From Eledone cirrhosa (Eukaryota): 64,000 bases of DNA. The notes below the pieces were generated by a model. It was not told where the DNA came from. It made no database searches and saw only the letters and a program-made list of their open reading frames with translations. Below are positions 1 through 13,892 of this stretch, piece by piece. The position numbers and the translations under genes were made by a program. The stretch spans positions 12,648,001 to 12,712,000 of the forward strand of contig OZ024743.1 in assembly GCA_964016885.1 (NCBI GenBank), written 5' to 3'. Position 1 is the stretch's first letter; every line of letters begins with the position of its first letter.

Positions 1-689
1 GTTCGAGAGAGGCTCTACAGACACGGGCGCCCGGGCAGGGATCCCTAAAAAAAGATTTGCCCTAGATGCGTGCGTCACGAAGAAACCGTTGCGCACGCAT
101 TGGTGCAATGTCCGGGCGTGGCTGATCTGTGGGGCTACGCCGAACGACTGCTGTCGCGGGTGGCGCCGATTAAATTGACCGCCGAGTCCGTGATGACAAT
201 CAAACCGCCTCCCCTCTTCACAAAGGAAGCAAAGGCGGTTTTTCTGTGCGTAATAGCCATGTTGAAAGAGGTTGTTTGGTGGACACGATTGAAAGGTCTG
301 AGGTCAGGCAACTTCCTCTCTGGCCATAGTCTGGTCTACTTCTTCCGATATCACTTCGGAAGAAGGATAAGAATGGAGAGAGAGGTGCTTGGCCACAGGC
401 AGTTTTATGAAAGGTGGGTGATAGTGGCGAGAATGGCTCGTGTAAATGGGCCTTCTCTGTATACCATCCTGTAGGTAAAGAAGTAAAGGAGAGGGGAGCA
501 CCTTCTCCATGTGCTCCCCGGGCAAAGGATTGCACACTTTTTCGGGGGTGTGTGCAACCCCCATCACGTCCCCTCCCTTTTGAGGTTATTTTCGATTATT
601 TTCATGTTACACCCTTTTTACTCGATTAAATGTAAAATCCCCCTTTGTATTTGTCCCTTCTTTTTATGCCTTTATGGTAAATAAAGAAA
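1..689 (+). mobile_element. 3' end of Tx1/L1-clade LINE (divergent subfamily): C-terminal Zn-finger region, 3'UTR, AATAAA, then (TCTA)n
   Basis: Translation CPRCVRHEETVAHALVQC...ARVNGPSLYTIL is homologous to the C-terminus of ORF2 at 43134-46571. In-frame TAA at 46-48, stop TAG at 472-474, AATAAA at ~680, TCTA repeats from 690. Confidence 0.92.
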
Positions 690-805
690 TCTATCTATCT
701 ATCCACACACACATATACGTATTACCACACATATACGTATTACCACACACACATATATGTATTAGAAGTGTGTATGAAGCATATACAATAATACACACAC
801 ACACA

Positions 806-863
<58 letters not shown>

Positions 864-1123
864 CAAATAAAGATTCAGCGAGAATCGCATTTTCGACGGG
901 CAGGAAAAGCGAAGCGAAACGCAAAAATCAGAAAAAAAATATATATATATATATATACATACATATATTTATATGTATATGATACATACATACTTACATA
1001 CATACACTTATACATGTATGTATGTGTGTATATATCTACGCTTGAATGTACGTAGGTAGGTACGTATGTATGTATGTATGTACGTATGTATGTATGTATG
1101 TATGTATGTATGTATGTATGTAT

Positions 1124-4100
1124 GTTTTCTCTTTCTCTTAATTTCGAGTATATTTTTTTGACCGGCCACCTTCCTGGTGGCAAGGTTGTAAAAGAAAAGA
1201 AATTATCATCCCTTGAATCGCAAGAATGTTTTGCAAATTTTGAAGGTGCCAGCTATCGCAGCCATTTGTAGACTATGAATTAGGGACTGCGCTTTTTGTC
1301 CGCAAATCCAAGTTCAGTCATACTTTGGTCCAAGCGGGTTGGTATATAACCCGTAGCACCAATAATGATGGGTATGAAGCTAAAGGTGTATCTTGGATAC
1401 TGGATTTGTAAACTCCTCATCAATGGTCCGTAGATGTCCTCCTTCTCCTGTATTTTTCTGACAACGTTTAAATCAAGTGGGTAGCTGATCTCCACAACAG
1501 AACACGTTTTCAATGTGTGGTCCCAAACTACAATATCAGGCCGGTTGTGCTTTAATTTGGTGGCAGTTTTTATTTTCAGGTTCCACCAGTATTCCTTAGT
1601 GCCATCTGTCTCAATATATTCTTCCTCGTTTGTTGTTAATTTTGTTTTCCGAAGTGCGTTCCAGATGGTTCTAGCTATCCCATCGTGTCTCATGGGAGGT
1701 AGTAGCGAGATGACATTCTTTCGCAGCTGGCAACAATGTGGCTTACATCCTCGATCTTTGTTTTACATAGCCTACATTTATTGTCAGCTGCTGGCCCTCC
1801 TCTTTTGTGCAGCAGATATTTGGTAGGGAGTTCTTGTTCCTGTATGGCATAGAGATATCCCTCAAGGTGTGATGTCATAAACTTGTCGGAACTCCATGCC
1901 AGGCTTTTTGAGTGGTTTATCCCCTCTATGGTCTGTGTTTTACGCCTCAAGTATCCATGCACAATTTTTTCTGTAAATTGGTCAATTTTTTTATCTTGTT
2001 TGAACATTGAATAGGATCTTCCGATTTCTCTGGGTGAGAGATTTATATCAGGCTTTATTCCATATCTCTCCTCCAGATCAGTCGCTATTCTAATGATATT
2101 TCTTTTTTCATGCTCATAAACCTGGGCAAGATGGTTGCCAACCTTTTTCCTCTGTTGAAGGTGTTGCTTCAGTGTTACTATCCGGGTCTCATATGTTGTT
2201 AATATTGATTTTAGACCCCGGCCACCTTCCTTGCGTGAGAAGTATAACCTATCCACATCACCATTGATGTTAAAGTTCTCAGTAACACTGAGAAGTTTGC
2301 GAGTTCTAACATCCATCTCACTTAGTTCTTGCAATGACCAGTTCAGCAGGCCAAATGTTGGCGTTAGAATTGGCACAGCATAAGTATTGTGGGCAATGTA
2401 TTTGTTGTATGCTGACAGTTCTGATGACCATATTTTCTTTACTCATCTGAGGTATTCAGTTCTGGTTCTCTCCTTATTTATGGGTCCATCATATCTGACA
2501 TTCTCATCCTGTCAAAGATATCTGTAGTTGTCACCTGACTGCAGAGGTTGTATTGCCAGGCCGTTCATTTCTAGATTTCTAGAGGAGGGCACAGCTCTTC
2601 CACGTTTTATTGCCAAATATGCACACTTGGACTCACCAAATTTCATTTTGATGTCGGTTGAAAATTGTGTAATGAGGTCCAATTGTTTCTTGATGTCATT
2701 GATATTTGGCCCATACAACTTCAGGTCATCAACAAAGAAAAGATGGGAGATACTTCTGGGTCCACTTCTTTGTCCACCTTGTTTCCTGAGTAGGTAAGAT
2801 AGTGGATTCAGTGAGAGAACGAAGAGTAGCACTGACAAGCTATCACCCTGAAAGATTGCCCTTCTGGTAATGTATCTTATCAGTCTTAACCTGCTCCTTC
2901 TCACATCTAAGGATCAAACTGGTGTACCAGTTCTTGGTCAGGCGTTCAACAGCAGCTACCAATGGTTGTGGGACTTTAGCTAACTGTAAAGCCTTAACAA
3001 TCCACCCATGAGGTACACTATCAAATGCTTTTTGATAGTCCAGCCACACGACAGTCATGTTTCTGCGATTCTTTGTTGTTTTTTCCTGAATCATTTTGTT
3101 AGTTAGTAGGTGATCTATGCAACTCCACACCTCCCTCTTTCCATCAGCTTGCTCAGGTGTTATGATGTTGTTGGTAGCACAGTGATTCTGTAAGAACAGG
3201 TTAAGGCACCAGTATATAATTTATACATGATGTTTTGGCAGGCTATTGGGCGGTAATTTTTAGCAAGGGTGGTTTGGCTATTTTGGGGAATGAGGAGAGT
3301 AGAGGCAGTTGATAACCATCTGGGCAGTTCTTGTGTGCCCTTAATGGTTTCTGTAAACAGCCGTATGAGATCTTGCCGATAGAAAGTGAAATTCTTCAAC
3401 CAGTATCCTGTAATGAGGTCTGGGCCTGGTGATTTCCTATTCGACATTTTCTGTAGAGCTGTTTCCAGTATTGACCCATCTATGTCATATTGTTTTGTCT
3501 GGACATGTTGGCAGTAGTCCTGTTCCAGTTCTTTTAGCCAATTAGCTTGTCTGTTGAATCCGTCATCCGTTTCCCATACAGATCTCCAGTAGCTCTCAAC
3601 CTGTTCTTTTGAAGGGGTGTCATTTACAGAGATTGAGCTTTTGCCACCGAAGCTGCGATAAACTGATTTAGGATCTCTGGCAAACAATCTATTTAGCACT
3701 TGTCGTTTATGTGCTGTTGACTTATATTTCAGTCTTTCTGTTGTAGCTGTGAGTTGTTGTTTCAACTGGTGTAATTTGGAGTTCAAAGTTTTAAATTTTG
3801 TATCTCCAAATCGTCTCTCTAACTTTTTCTTTAGGTCTTCCTGGTGTCGTGTGAGGTTGCTCTCTATGTTGCATTTCATAACGACTGCGATGTGTGAGAT
3901 ATTTCGTCTCAGGGACAACATTTTGGATTTTAAATTTCGCATCCACGCTGGTTCAGGCTTTCTGCTTGTATCTTGATTGCGTGGTTTTAGATGTGTGTTA
4001 TATATTAGAAATGTGACAGCTGAAACATATAACAAAACATTAAGCGTTTCAAATATCATCTCTACACCTTTAGATCGTATAGCCTTCAGATAACTGCCAG

Positions 4101-4438
4101 CTATTTCGTTCACCGCTTCCAATTCTAATTTAGTGGGTTCTTTACTGACTCTAGTGTTGTATGGTCTGTCACTCACATTAAGGCTGTGTATCTCTTGAAA
4201 CATATCGTTCCATATCACTTGTAGGAAGCCCACAAGTTTTTGGTGCTCTGTTTGTTCAGTAGAGTCATGAATTTCAGCCTCGTTGTTGATGTGGTGACAA
4301 TTACTACTAGAGTCAGCTGACCTTTCTCGCTGTTCTTCAGTGGAAGTGGGATGGATTTCAGCAAAATTGTTGATGAGCTGTTCACTGTTAGATTTAGCTG
4401 GCCATTCTCTTTGTCTGTCAGTGGAGGTGGGGTGGTTG
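1124..4438 (-). mobile_element. 5'-truncated, frameshifted R4/Dong-like non-LTR retrotransposon (RT, CCHC, restriction-like endonuclease) in (TACA)n
   Basis: Motifs KSPGPD, NYRPIAC, WLDYQKAFDSVPH, IFQGDSLS, HLFFVDDLKLY, CRLCKTKIEDVSHIVASC, RHD and HNRPDIV..VVEISYP..KEDIY across ORFs 3160-4233, 2843-3130, 2512-2904, 1690-2376 and 1280-1693. (TATG)n on both sides. Confidence 0.88.
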
Positions 4439-4550
4439 TATGTATGTATGTATGTATGTATGTATGTATGTATGTATGTATGTATGTATGTATGTACTTA
4501 TGAGGCAGCCGTTTAGCTGGTACACCAGTCAGTGACACAAAAGAGTTAAT

Positions 4551-4730
4551 TGTTTCTACTTTTGGCACAAGGCCAGCAATTACCCAGTGCATTACTGGTA
4601 CTTTATTTTATCGACCCCGTATGGATGAAAGGCAAAGTTAACCTCGGCGGGATTTGAACTCAGAATGGTGAGGGCCGTAACTCCATGCGTCAAAGCATGG
4701 TGTCCGATCTTCTACCGATACTGCAATCCC
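4551..4730 (-). mobile_element. tRNA-derived SINE (octopus-type, Meta/MESC-like core)
   Basis: Minus strand has B-box GAGTTCAAATCCC followed by core GCCTTTCATCC..GGGGTCGATAAAATAAAGTACCAG. Repeated at least 6 times in the window. Core name is from memory. Confidence 0.8.
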
Positions 4731-4995
4731 AAAATAATGAGTAGTAAATAGCTGATGTTCCACTCAAAAGAAATCTTTCAGCCCTCCTGAATTTTGTGAG
4801 GAGCCTAACAGCCCCCCCCCCCACCATGAGCCCCAAAGCTGTCTTGTCCCGCCTTACAGAGCTGGTCCTGTATGTGTGGAACTAGCTGTTGAAACCGCAC
4901 GAGTTCCGACTCTTTATAATATACCCATACTCTACTGCCACAGGTATCGAGCACTCTATTGAGTAATGGTCTAACCAGTTTCAAACTGTTCTATC

Positions 4996-5096
<101 letters not shown>

Positions 5097-5845
5097 GTTA
5101 GACACGCAGTGACTGACAACAGAATGTTTCAAGTCTGCTTGTCTTTGACATATATGCGTAGCTTTTGAATAAAAAATTCAAGGGGTGTCGCTGGCCGTGG
5201 TGATGATCGCTGCCAAACATGTTTTGTAATGTATCGTCTTATTGGCTAATCAACCAACGAGAGTAATTGTTGCTCAAAAGCATCCGCCATTTTGTTTGTA
5301 CGTTTATTTATCGTTTCGATTTCGAATCTTCCTCCTGTATTTCGTCGTTTATCATCAAAATATTTTTCTCGTTTTGGTAAGTTATATTGTTAATTTATAT
5401 ATGATTTTTAAAATTTATATTAACTATTTTTTTTTCAGTTCGTTATAACATGCTTATAATATTGGTTGTATCATATTTACTTGTATATTTGTCCATATTA
5501 TTGTTCGTTTTAAATTAGATTATTTTATTATTATTATGTTAGATTATTTTATTATTATTATGTTAGATTATTTTATTATTATTATGTTAGACTATTTGTA
5601 TGTAATATTTAATTTTTATTAATTCAACTATAACAATTATTATGTAAAATATATTTATTTAATATTGATTGTTTTTTGTAGTTGTTTGAAAATATTTTTA
5701 TACATCTTACAATAATATTTATAAGATCATTTATAAAATAACAATTACATAATCTAATTATATTACAACGATGATTTATTATTAATATATATCATGTTTA
5801 ACTAGAGTTATTACAAGCGTTGCTTTAAAAAAATATTAAACTAGA

Positions 5846-6279
5846 CCTGAAAAATGCGCACGCTCAAAAGAGCCACAGAATGTTATAATAAACCTTCAAA
5901 AGTGTGGGACTAGAGTTGTTGCTAAAAAATATTGTAATCATTATCTATCGTACACTCTGTGGCATCCTTTTATAAAAAAGAGACTCATAACGAACTCAAG
6001 ACGACACGATAATTATTTAAGTGAATTTATAATATAGAATTCGGTTTAAGTGCATTTCGTATTAATCATTACTAAACATCTAATATGAGATATTGAACAT
6101 TAGCTTAAATAATTATCGTGTGGTCTTGAGTTCGTTACGAGTCTCTTTTTTATAAAAGGATGCCACAGAGTGTACGATAGAGAATGATTACAATATCTTT
6201 GAGCAACAACTCTAGTCCCACACTTTTGAAGGTTTATTATAACATTCTGTGGCTCTTTTGAGCTTGCGCATTTTTCAGG
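5846..6279. repeat. Inverted repeat, ~176-bp arms with ~82-bp spacer, right arm abutting (TA)n
   Basis: 5846-6021 is the reverse complement of 6104-6279 with a handful of mismatches. Confidence 0.9.
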
Positions 6280-7425
6280 GTATATATATATTCATGCAGA
6301 ATAGACCCCACAACTTACAGTGGATACATCTGTGTGTATATATATATATATTCTGCATGAAGAACTCGATGTAATCCATATGTTGAAAATGTTGTAGGTT
6401 AAGATAAATCTCAGAAAACAATAAAACATTAAAAGGAAAACAGAGTCATGATATAAGTTAAAACAATGAAATAAAAAATCAAGTCATTAGAGATATACTT
6501 CTCTGCTTTACGATCGTTTCTAGATGGTGATAATACATTGTATCTATACTCAGTCATTGATCTATGTAAGTTTACAAACTATCAGATAGAGAGAATATTT
6601 ACTTACATGCATATCACCAGCTGTTTTCAAAAGCAATAATAATTTTATTCAATAATAATTTTACTCAGAATTAGTAGCATGTTAGTATCATGTCCTTATT
6701 TGGGGTTTTTGAAGAACTAACGAATCAAATTGTTTTTTTCATATGGTGTTTAGATGAAAAGTAATACACTTTAGTTGAAGTCATGACTCTTTGAAAGGAA
6801 TGGTTGAAGGGTGTTAGTAGAAATGGCATAAACATCTATTAGGAAGGAAGGGGATTGTCAAACTGAATGTATCTTGTATAGTGAATTTAAAAGGAATGTC
6901 AAAATAAATGGTGATTAGTGTTGTATTGAGTTTTAAGGTGAATATAAATTAATGTTATGGCTAGGAAAGATAGTATATTAAAAGATGAAAATTATAATAA
7001 GATAATGAGATATAGTAATGCGATAATATATACAACTTAACCAACACAATATAGTACGGTGTGGTAAACTGCACTTAGTATAATATAACATATTATACGC
7101 TCTAAAATATTACTAAGTATGTATAAACTATTTATGTATAAACTAAGTATGTATAAACTATTTATGCATAAACAATCAAACTCAGATAAGTACATGTTGG
7201 CATAGTTAAAACATAAATGTCATAGTCTACAAAGTGCATATATCCACACTATATATATAGAGAGGTACAGTTATATTGATATCTAACCAAAATATACATA
7301 CGTTCAAATAGATGCAAACCTAAATACACATCCACACGCATGCATATAATCATATATATATACATATCCATACATATCTATATCCACACATACACAACTA
7401 TATCCCCATATATACATATACACAT

Positions 7426-7490
<65 letters not shown>

Positions 7491-7513
7491 CACACACACA
7501 TACTCATACATAC

Positions 7514-7566
<53 letters not shown>

Positions 7567-7594
7567 CACTCATATATATATATATACATATACA

Positions 7595-7625
<31 letters not shown>

Positions 7626-7781
7626 CACTTGTGTGAGTATATGTACACTCCTCTTACATGTGCACATACTCATATATAAACATTCATACACCTATACTCA
7701 CATATACACACACACAAATACACACACACATATATATATATATATACACACACATATATATATACATATATATACACACAT

Positions 7782-7838
<57 letters not shown>

Positions 7839-8180
7839 CACATACACATATACATATACAAGCATATATATATATATACACATATACACATACATAAGCA
7901 CACATACATACACATATATATATACACAAATATACACACACATAAATATATTTCCATATCATATATAGATGTATATTTTTACTCATGCAATTACGGGTGG
8001 TTGTGTATCTTGTTGCCTTTAGTCATTAACGCATAAATCTTAGCAAGCTAAAACATTAAAAGGCAAAAATAAGCATGAAAGCATATAATTAGGGGAAAGA
8101 GGTACTAATAAATGCTATTCTATACGGAATTATAGTGAGTTGCTATTTAGAATATTTAATTAGATTTATAGTATTTAATT

Positions 8181-8227
<47 letters not shown>

Positions 8228-8322
8228 TTTTGAGTTTATGTTGGTTGTATACCAACACCTCAGTATGCAGGCTGGAGCACTCGACGAAGTGCGCAGGTTG
8301 GTTTGGTTACTCCGGAGTAGTG

Positions 8323-8683
8323 TAAAATAAAGTTAAATAAAAGTCAAATGATTAAAATTTAGCTTCGTTTATTACTGCTATATATATTTCAGTGACAGCC
8401 ATCTTTGGCTGTGACCTCTTCAGGCAGTTTGAATTAGTATGGTATAGACAAGTACATATGTTGTTTAGGTGTATGATATTGTCAATACTCTGATATGCCC
8501 AGTTCCGGAACTGGGCATATCAGAGTATTGACAATATCATACACCTAAACAACATATGTACTTGTCTATACCATACTAATTCAAACTGCCTGAAGAGGTC
8601 ACAGCCAAAGATGGCTGTCACTGAAATATATATAGCAGTAATAAACGAAGCTAAATTTTAATCATTTGACTTTTATTTAACTT

Positions 8684-8690
<7 letters not shown>
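8323..8690. repeat. Perfect 184-bp-arm palindrome in (TA)n; PLE-derived inverted terminal fragment
   Basis: Centre ...CCCAGTTCC|GGAACTGGG at 8506/8507 with no spacer. Left arm continues ~97 bp to (TA)n; right arm ends directly in (TA)n. Confidence 0.95.
8585..8639 (+). ncRNA. Type I minimal hammerhead ribozyme (mirror copy at 8374-8428, minus strand)
   Basis: ACTGC-CTGAAGA-GGTCACAGCC(AAAGAT)GGCTGTCACT-GAA-ATATATAT-A-GCAGT: stems I and II pair, stem III is self-complementary, AATAAA follows. Confidence 0.85.
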
Positions 8691-8754
<64 letters not shown>

Positions 8755-8756
<2 letters not shown>

Positions 8757-8951
8757 AACATGTTTCAAGCTGTTTCAATGGCTCAAGCCTTTTCGACGGC
8801 TATTTCTGGACTGAAATAGTCCAGAAATAGCCGTCGAAACGGCTTGAGCTCTGCCGTCAGGGTCATACATTTTCCTATAACCCACTCTACTATCCTAAGT
8901 ATTGAGTACTCTGGTGCGCTATGGTCCATCTGGTTCCTTACCACAACTCCT

Positions 8952-8955
<4 letters not shown>
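8755..8955 (+). mobile_element. PLE terminal fragment with the 3' half of a hammerhead, inverted within stem II
   Basis: Inverted repeat 8781-8812/8818-8849. GAA-ACGGC(TTGAGCTCT)GCCGT-C cleavage arm. Related copies at 24281-24385 and 60999-61049. (TA)n on both sides. Confidence 0.7.
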
Positions 8956-9030
<75 letters not shown>

Positions 9031-9105
9031 CGGGTTCAATCGGGGATATCCACAGTAAGTAAGGTACTCAATACATAGCAGAGTAAAAATATTTAATATA
9101 GAAAT

Positions 9106-9157
9106 GGCTTCTACAGAACTAGAACTGTTTCATTCGTAGGAAATCACCAGGGAAGCC
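9106..9157 (-). ncRNA. Hammerhead-like motif (core CTGGTGA, probably mutated) in a PLE terminal fragment at 9029-9160
   Basis: Minus strand: GGCTTC-C-CTGGTGA-TTTC(CTAC)GAAT-GAA-ACAG(TTCTAGTT)CTGT-A-GAAGCC. Its tail runs into (TA)n. Confidence 0.7.
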
Positions 9158-9295
9158 CTGATAATTATATTGTCTCCCCAAACTACCATAACACACACCT
9201 ATATGGATATGAGCTACAATTTATGTATATGTTATATCGAAGTTTTCTGACCATTTTTGAGTGCAAAGAGCTAAACGAGTTTTATTTATGGAATA

Positions 9296-10060
9296 CTAGC
9301 AGCAGTACCCAGCGTTGCCTGGGTAGGTAAACTAATATCTGCTTTGATGAAAAGGTGTTGATCTTAGCGACTACTTCTCGATGACTCATCTATGGCGACA
9401 CACAGGCCATGCTGGGGAAGGTGGTGATGACCTCTATCACTGAGAAACGCGGGTGACTGACGAAGGGGCATGCTGGGGGAGGGAGTTTCGAATTTGAACG
9501 AAATCGGTTGAAAAATGTGGGAGCTAGAGCCGAAAAGGCGGAAATTTGAGCGAAAAGGTGGTATCTTCGAATATTTAAGTGGCTGCCACGCCGTTCCTGA
9601 ACAAAAAATCCAAAATGTAAAGCCACTTTAAGACGTGAAATAATCAGATCTAGTAGGTTGATTAATGTGGGAGCTAGAGCCGAAAAAGTGGAAATTTGAG
9701 TCTAAAAGTGGTATTTTTGAATATTTAAGCGGCTGCCACGCCGTCCCTGAACAACAAATGCAAAATACAAAGCCATTACAGGATGTGCAATGATAAATTC
9801 TATTTTGATTTAAAATTTGAACGAAAACGGTGGCAAAATGTGGGAGCTAGAGCCAAAAATCTTATTTTTCGATACCTAAAAAAAGGTGATTTTTATTTGC
9901 AGAATGACCTCGGAATAAAAAAACCGATACGCTGATATATAGAAAACACTCCCCGATGACTAATCTATGAGCCTGTAAAGTTTCATGAAAATCGGTCGTA
10001 AGATGTAGGCCCCTATAGGTAATACACAGACACACATACTTAATTTTATATATATACAGA
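9296..10060 (-). mobile_element. Non-autonomous Helitron
   Basis: Minus strand starts A|TCTGTATATATATAAAA and ends in hairpin TACCCAG(GCAACG)CTGGGTA then CTAG|T. Three internal repeats starting AATGTGGGAGCTAGAGCC. Confidence 0.8.
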
Positions 10061-10557
10061 TAAAATGTAAATACAGTTTAAGAGAAAAAGAAAAAAAAAA
10101 GATTTAGATTGAGAAGAATGGAATGTAAAATAGGAAAATATAAAGAAAAAAGAGAATAAGAAACAAAAAACGGGAAGGGGAGGGGATGGCAAGTACTCTA
10201 GTGTCAGAAGAATGGGGAGGGGTAAAGGGGAGGGTGATTGGGCTCTAGGCCTAGGGCGTGTTGGTGGAGGGGTTGCGTCCCACGGACAAAACCACAAAAG
10301 GATTCCCGTGGACAATGGCCAGCGACACCCGCTACAACAGCCACCCCACCTCGCAGGACTCCCTCCTCAGAGCTAATCTAATCACTACAACTAAATTGTC
10401 CAAATTTGCCACGTCCCCCAAATTCAGAAATACTTTCACCGCCCCTGATTAATATATATATATATTGCAGGTGGTGTGTCGGAACCTATCAGAGCGATCA
10501 AATACACACACACACAAGCATATATATATATAAATATATATATACACACATATATAT

Positions 10558-10598
<41 letters not shown>

Positions 10599-10768
10599 TA
10601 TACACATATATATATATATATATACACACATATATATACACACATATACATATATATACACACACACATATATATATATATACACACATATATACGATAT
10701 AAAATAAATGGAAACTATATTTATAAAACCATATTTATTTCATTATATATATTTCAGGGATATCATTT

Positions 10769-10822
<54 letters not shown>

Positions 10823-10847
10823 TATATATATATAGACATACATATGA

Positions 10848-10879
<32 letters not shown>

Positions 10880-11348
10880 AGGGGAGGGGGGTATACACAT
10901 GCACAGTTTTCCTCTTTGTTCGCACAATGATGTATCTATTACAGCGCTGTGGCGTAGTTAACAGAAGCAGACTGCCGAATTCACTAAATATGTATACTGA
11001 CGTAGATTATCGGGCAAACTAGAACACGGTTTGCTAAAACAATTCTCAAAATAATGTGCGAGTAATATATGTATTTATTTACGTGGCGACTAAATAGTCG
11101 ACTGGATAAATTGTATGGTGTAATGTTGTTGTTGGACCTCCGTCGCTTCTAACGAGGAGAGTTCTAGTTTTTTTTACTGATGGAACAGCTTGCTCATGAA
11201 AGTAACGTACAAATGTCTAAGTATTACAGAATATAATTCTCAGTGAGATGCCACATATCTGACATTCATAGGTACAAATAATTTTTACCAGTTGAATGGG
11301 CTGGAATAACGTGAAATAAAATCTCTTGTTCAAGAATACAATGCGCCA

Positions 11349-11510
11349 GTTGTTGTGAATGATGTTGTAGAAAGAGGTGTGAAACTTATTCAGGATTACA
11401 ATAACATTCTCACAAAAGATGAAACTGAGAAACAATTTGTTTTACAGATCCTTACCGAAAACTGTAAAACATATCGAACTGCCACTAAATCCTCTCTTAT
11501 GCAAAAATAA
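11349..11510 (+). pseudogene. C-terminal remnant of a DNA transposase (hAT-related, hATm-like)
   Basis: Reads VVVNDVVERGVKLIQDYNNILTKDETEKQFVLQI..., matching a remembered VVNDxAERGVKL transposase motif. Family assignment is tentative. Confidence 0.55.
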
Positions 11511-11511
11511 T

Positions 11512-11700
11512 TGTTTCTACTTCAGGCACAAGGCCAGCAATTACCCAGTGCATTACTGGTACTTTATTTTATCGACCCCGTAAGGATGAAAGGCAAAGTC
11601 AACCTCGGCGGGATTTGAACTCAGATCGTAAAGGGACGTAAATATGCTGGAAAGCATGGCGTCCGACCCTCTACCGATACTGCCAATCCACCGCCCTGTT
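11512..11700 (-). mobile_element. Full-length tRNA-derived SINE with 21-bp target-site duplication
   Basis: Same family as 4551-4730. CCTCTCTTATGCAAAAATAAT occurs at 11491-11511 and 11706-11726. Confidence 0.88.
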
Positions 11701-13288
11701 ATCCACCTCTCTTATGCAAAAATAATGTTCAATATTCAGTGTTCAGTGTTCACATTATGTTTTTGATTCTATAGAAATTATTGTTGTAAATAAAAATGCG
11801 TTTCTCTTATAGAAGGTGTGTGCTTTATTAAGAAAACCTTTTTCAAATTAACTATTGGTAAATTTGATTCAGAACGTTTAAAAACATTTGGTGGGGTTGC
11901 CTGGTTATGTCCACATACATTTCTCTAAGAAGAAAAAAGGAATGGTCGAGATAGGGTATACCGCTTTTGAACAGAATTAATTGTTGCCTATACTATGTTC
12001 CAACTCATATATATATATAATAGCAGCCTATCGGCTGTATTAACATTACAACAGGTGGAAATCATTTCTTCCCCGTCATTTCAGTATGGGCCCGCTGCGC
12101 CTGTTCCCCATGACGTAATGGCCATTTTGAGTACTTGAGCTTGAGATCCCTGTTCTAGGCAGTAGTGTAAAAATGAATCGAAGGAACGAGTTTTGAAAAT
12201 GTTACTGATGTGTATGTATTTGCTGGGAACTGACGAATGTTGTGTGCCTATACATCTGCAGTTTCGAGAGTGCTGTGACGTGTACGGATTTTATGGGGAG
12301 GTGAAAAAAAAAGGATTGGTGGGGCAGCATCAACGCAAGGAACAGGGTATATACGTATGAATTCGTAACACCTGTTGGAGTTGGTCACTTTCATGCTGGT
12401 GGAGCACATCACTCTCCAGGTCCGAACTCAGCCAATTTCTTCCAGAAAGAGAGAGAATCGACCAAAATACTGGCCTGGAACATTTTTTCTCAACCTTGAA
12501 ATAATGAAAGGCAAAGGAGGCCACGGTGGGTTTTGAACTCAGAGAGCAGATAGCCAGAACGAATACCGTATTCTCGTTCTAACCACTTTTCAATTATGAC
12601 AGAGGACAATATCAATGCCAAATAGACATTCGCATAAGTGCTATGTTCTGATTTTGGTAACAACTGGTCAACGATATTTATGTAGTCATCAGAATTGAAA
12701 TAGTTAATAAGTCATATAAAGGTGAAAAATAACACTGCATCCTTTAAAACCTCAATGCTTCCTGAAATTCGCAAACACTACACCTGATATCCCCCTTCAA
12801 CACACACACACACATGTATATAATGACTCATACATTGTTCACTTTCCTGACATTTGTACATTATTCTATGTACTATACATGCACCCTTGACAAGTTGTAG
12901 TGCACCTGAGCACTGTACACAATAATTTCATTATTATTATATTACTTTAGGTAATTCTTCCGTGACACTGGAGACCTTGCCTTTCTCTTCAGTTTCCGTT
13001 TTTTTAATATTTACTTATTTTACATTATATTCTTTTTGTACAAAGTTCCTGATATAATACATATCTATTTATTTTTCTGTTTGTTTCTTCATGTTCTTTC
13101 ATATTAGAGGAACTTAAAATTTGTATTTAATTGAAATAGTAATAAAACAATATTTTCTCCTTTATTCCTCTCCATTAAGAGAAACTCGTTACTACAGCAT
13201 TACACCACTGTCACTAGACAGAAAGGTTATTAGATATTCCTAAATATGTCAGAGGTAGGATGTAGATTTATAGGACTGGGCATATATA

Positions 13289-13457
13289 CAGTGCCGGGTT
13301 TACCATTGTGCTTAGGTGTGCTTAGGCACAGGGCACCGTTGGCTGCTTTCTAAAGTTTTTACGATGAATTTTTCAAATATTTCCCAAATGTCAAACGTTC
13401 AAAGGGGCCTCATAACTTAACTACCACAGGGCCTCGTTTGTCGTAAATTCGGCACTG
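13289..13457. mobile_element. hAT-type MITE
   Basis: TIRs CAGTGCCGGGTTTA / TAAATTCGGCACTG. A second copy lies in opposite orientation at 55506-55687. Confidence 0.75.
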
Positions 13458-13792
13458 TATAATATATATGTGTAAATATTGCTGATATTTTTATTTTAGT
13501 CCTGATGGTTAAAACCATGTGGAACCCCGAGTACACACACACACACACACATCCCCAACACACCCACCCCCACACACATGCACACACGCACGCACACACA
13601 CACACACACATACACATATTCACACAGGCACACACATTCACACTCATGCACACAAACACACATACGCATACACACATGCACTCACACACATGCACATACA
13701 TTCACACTCATGCATACACACTCACACGCACATGCAATCACACACATGCACACACACTCACATGCACACACACACTCATACACACACACACT

Positions 13793-13892
<100 letters not shown>

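Noticed and set aside
4551-4730. B-box suggesting a tRNA gene
   Set aside because: No cloverleaf; it is the head of a multi-copy SINE.
6480-6900. Faint RT-like words on the minus strand (possible old PLE); similar traces at 38800-39180
   Set aside because: Too degraded to support without an alignment.
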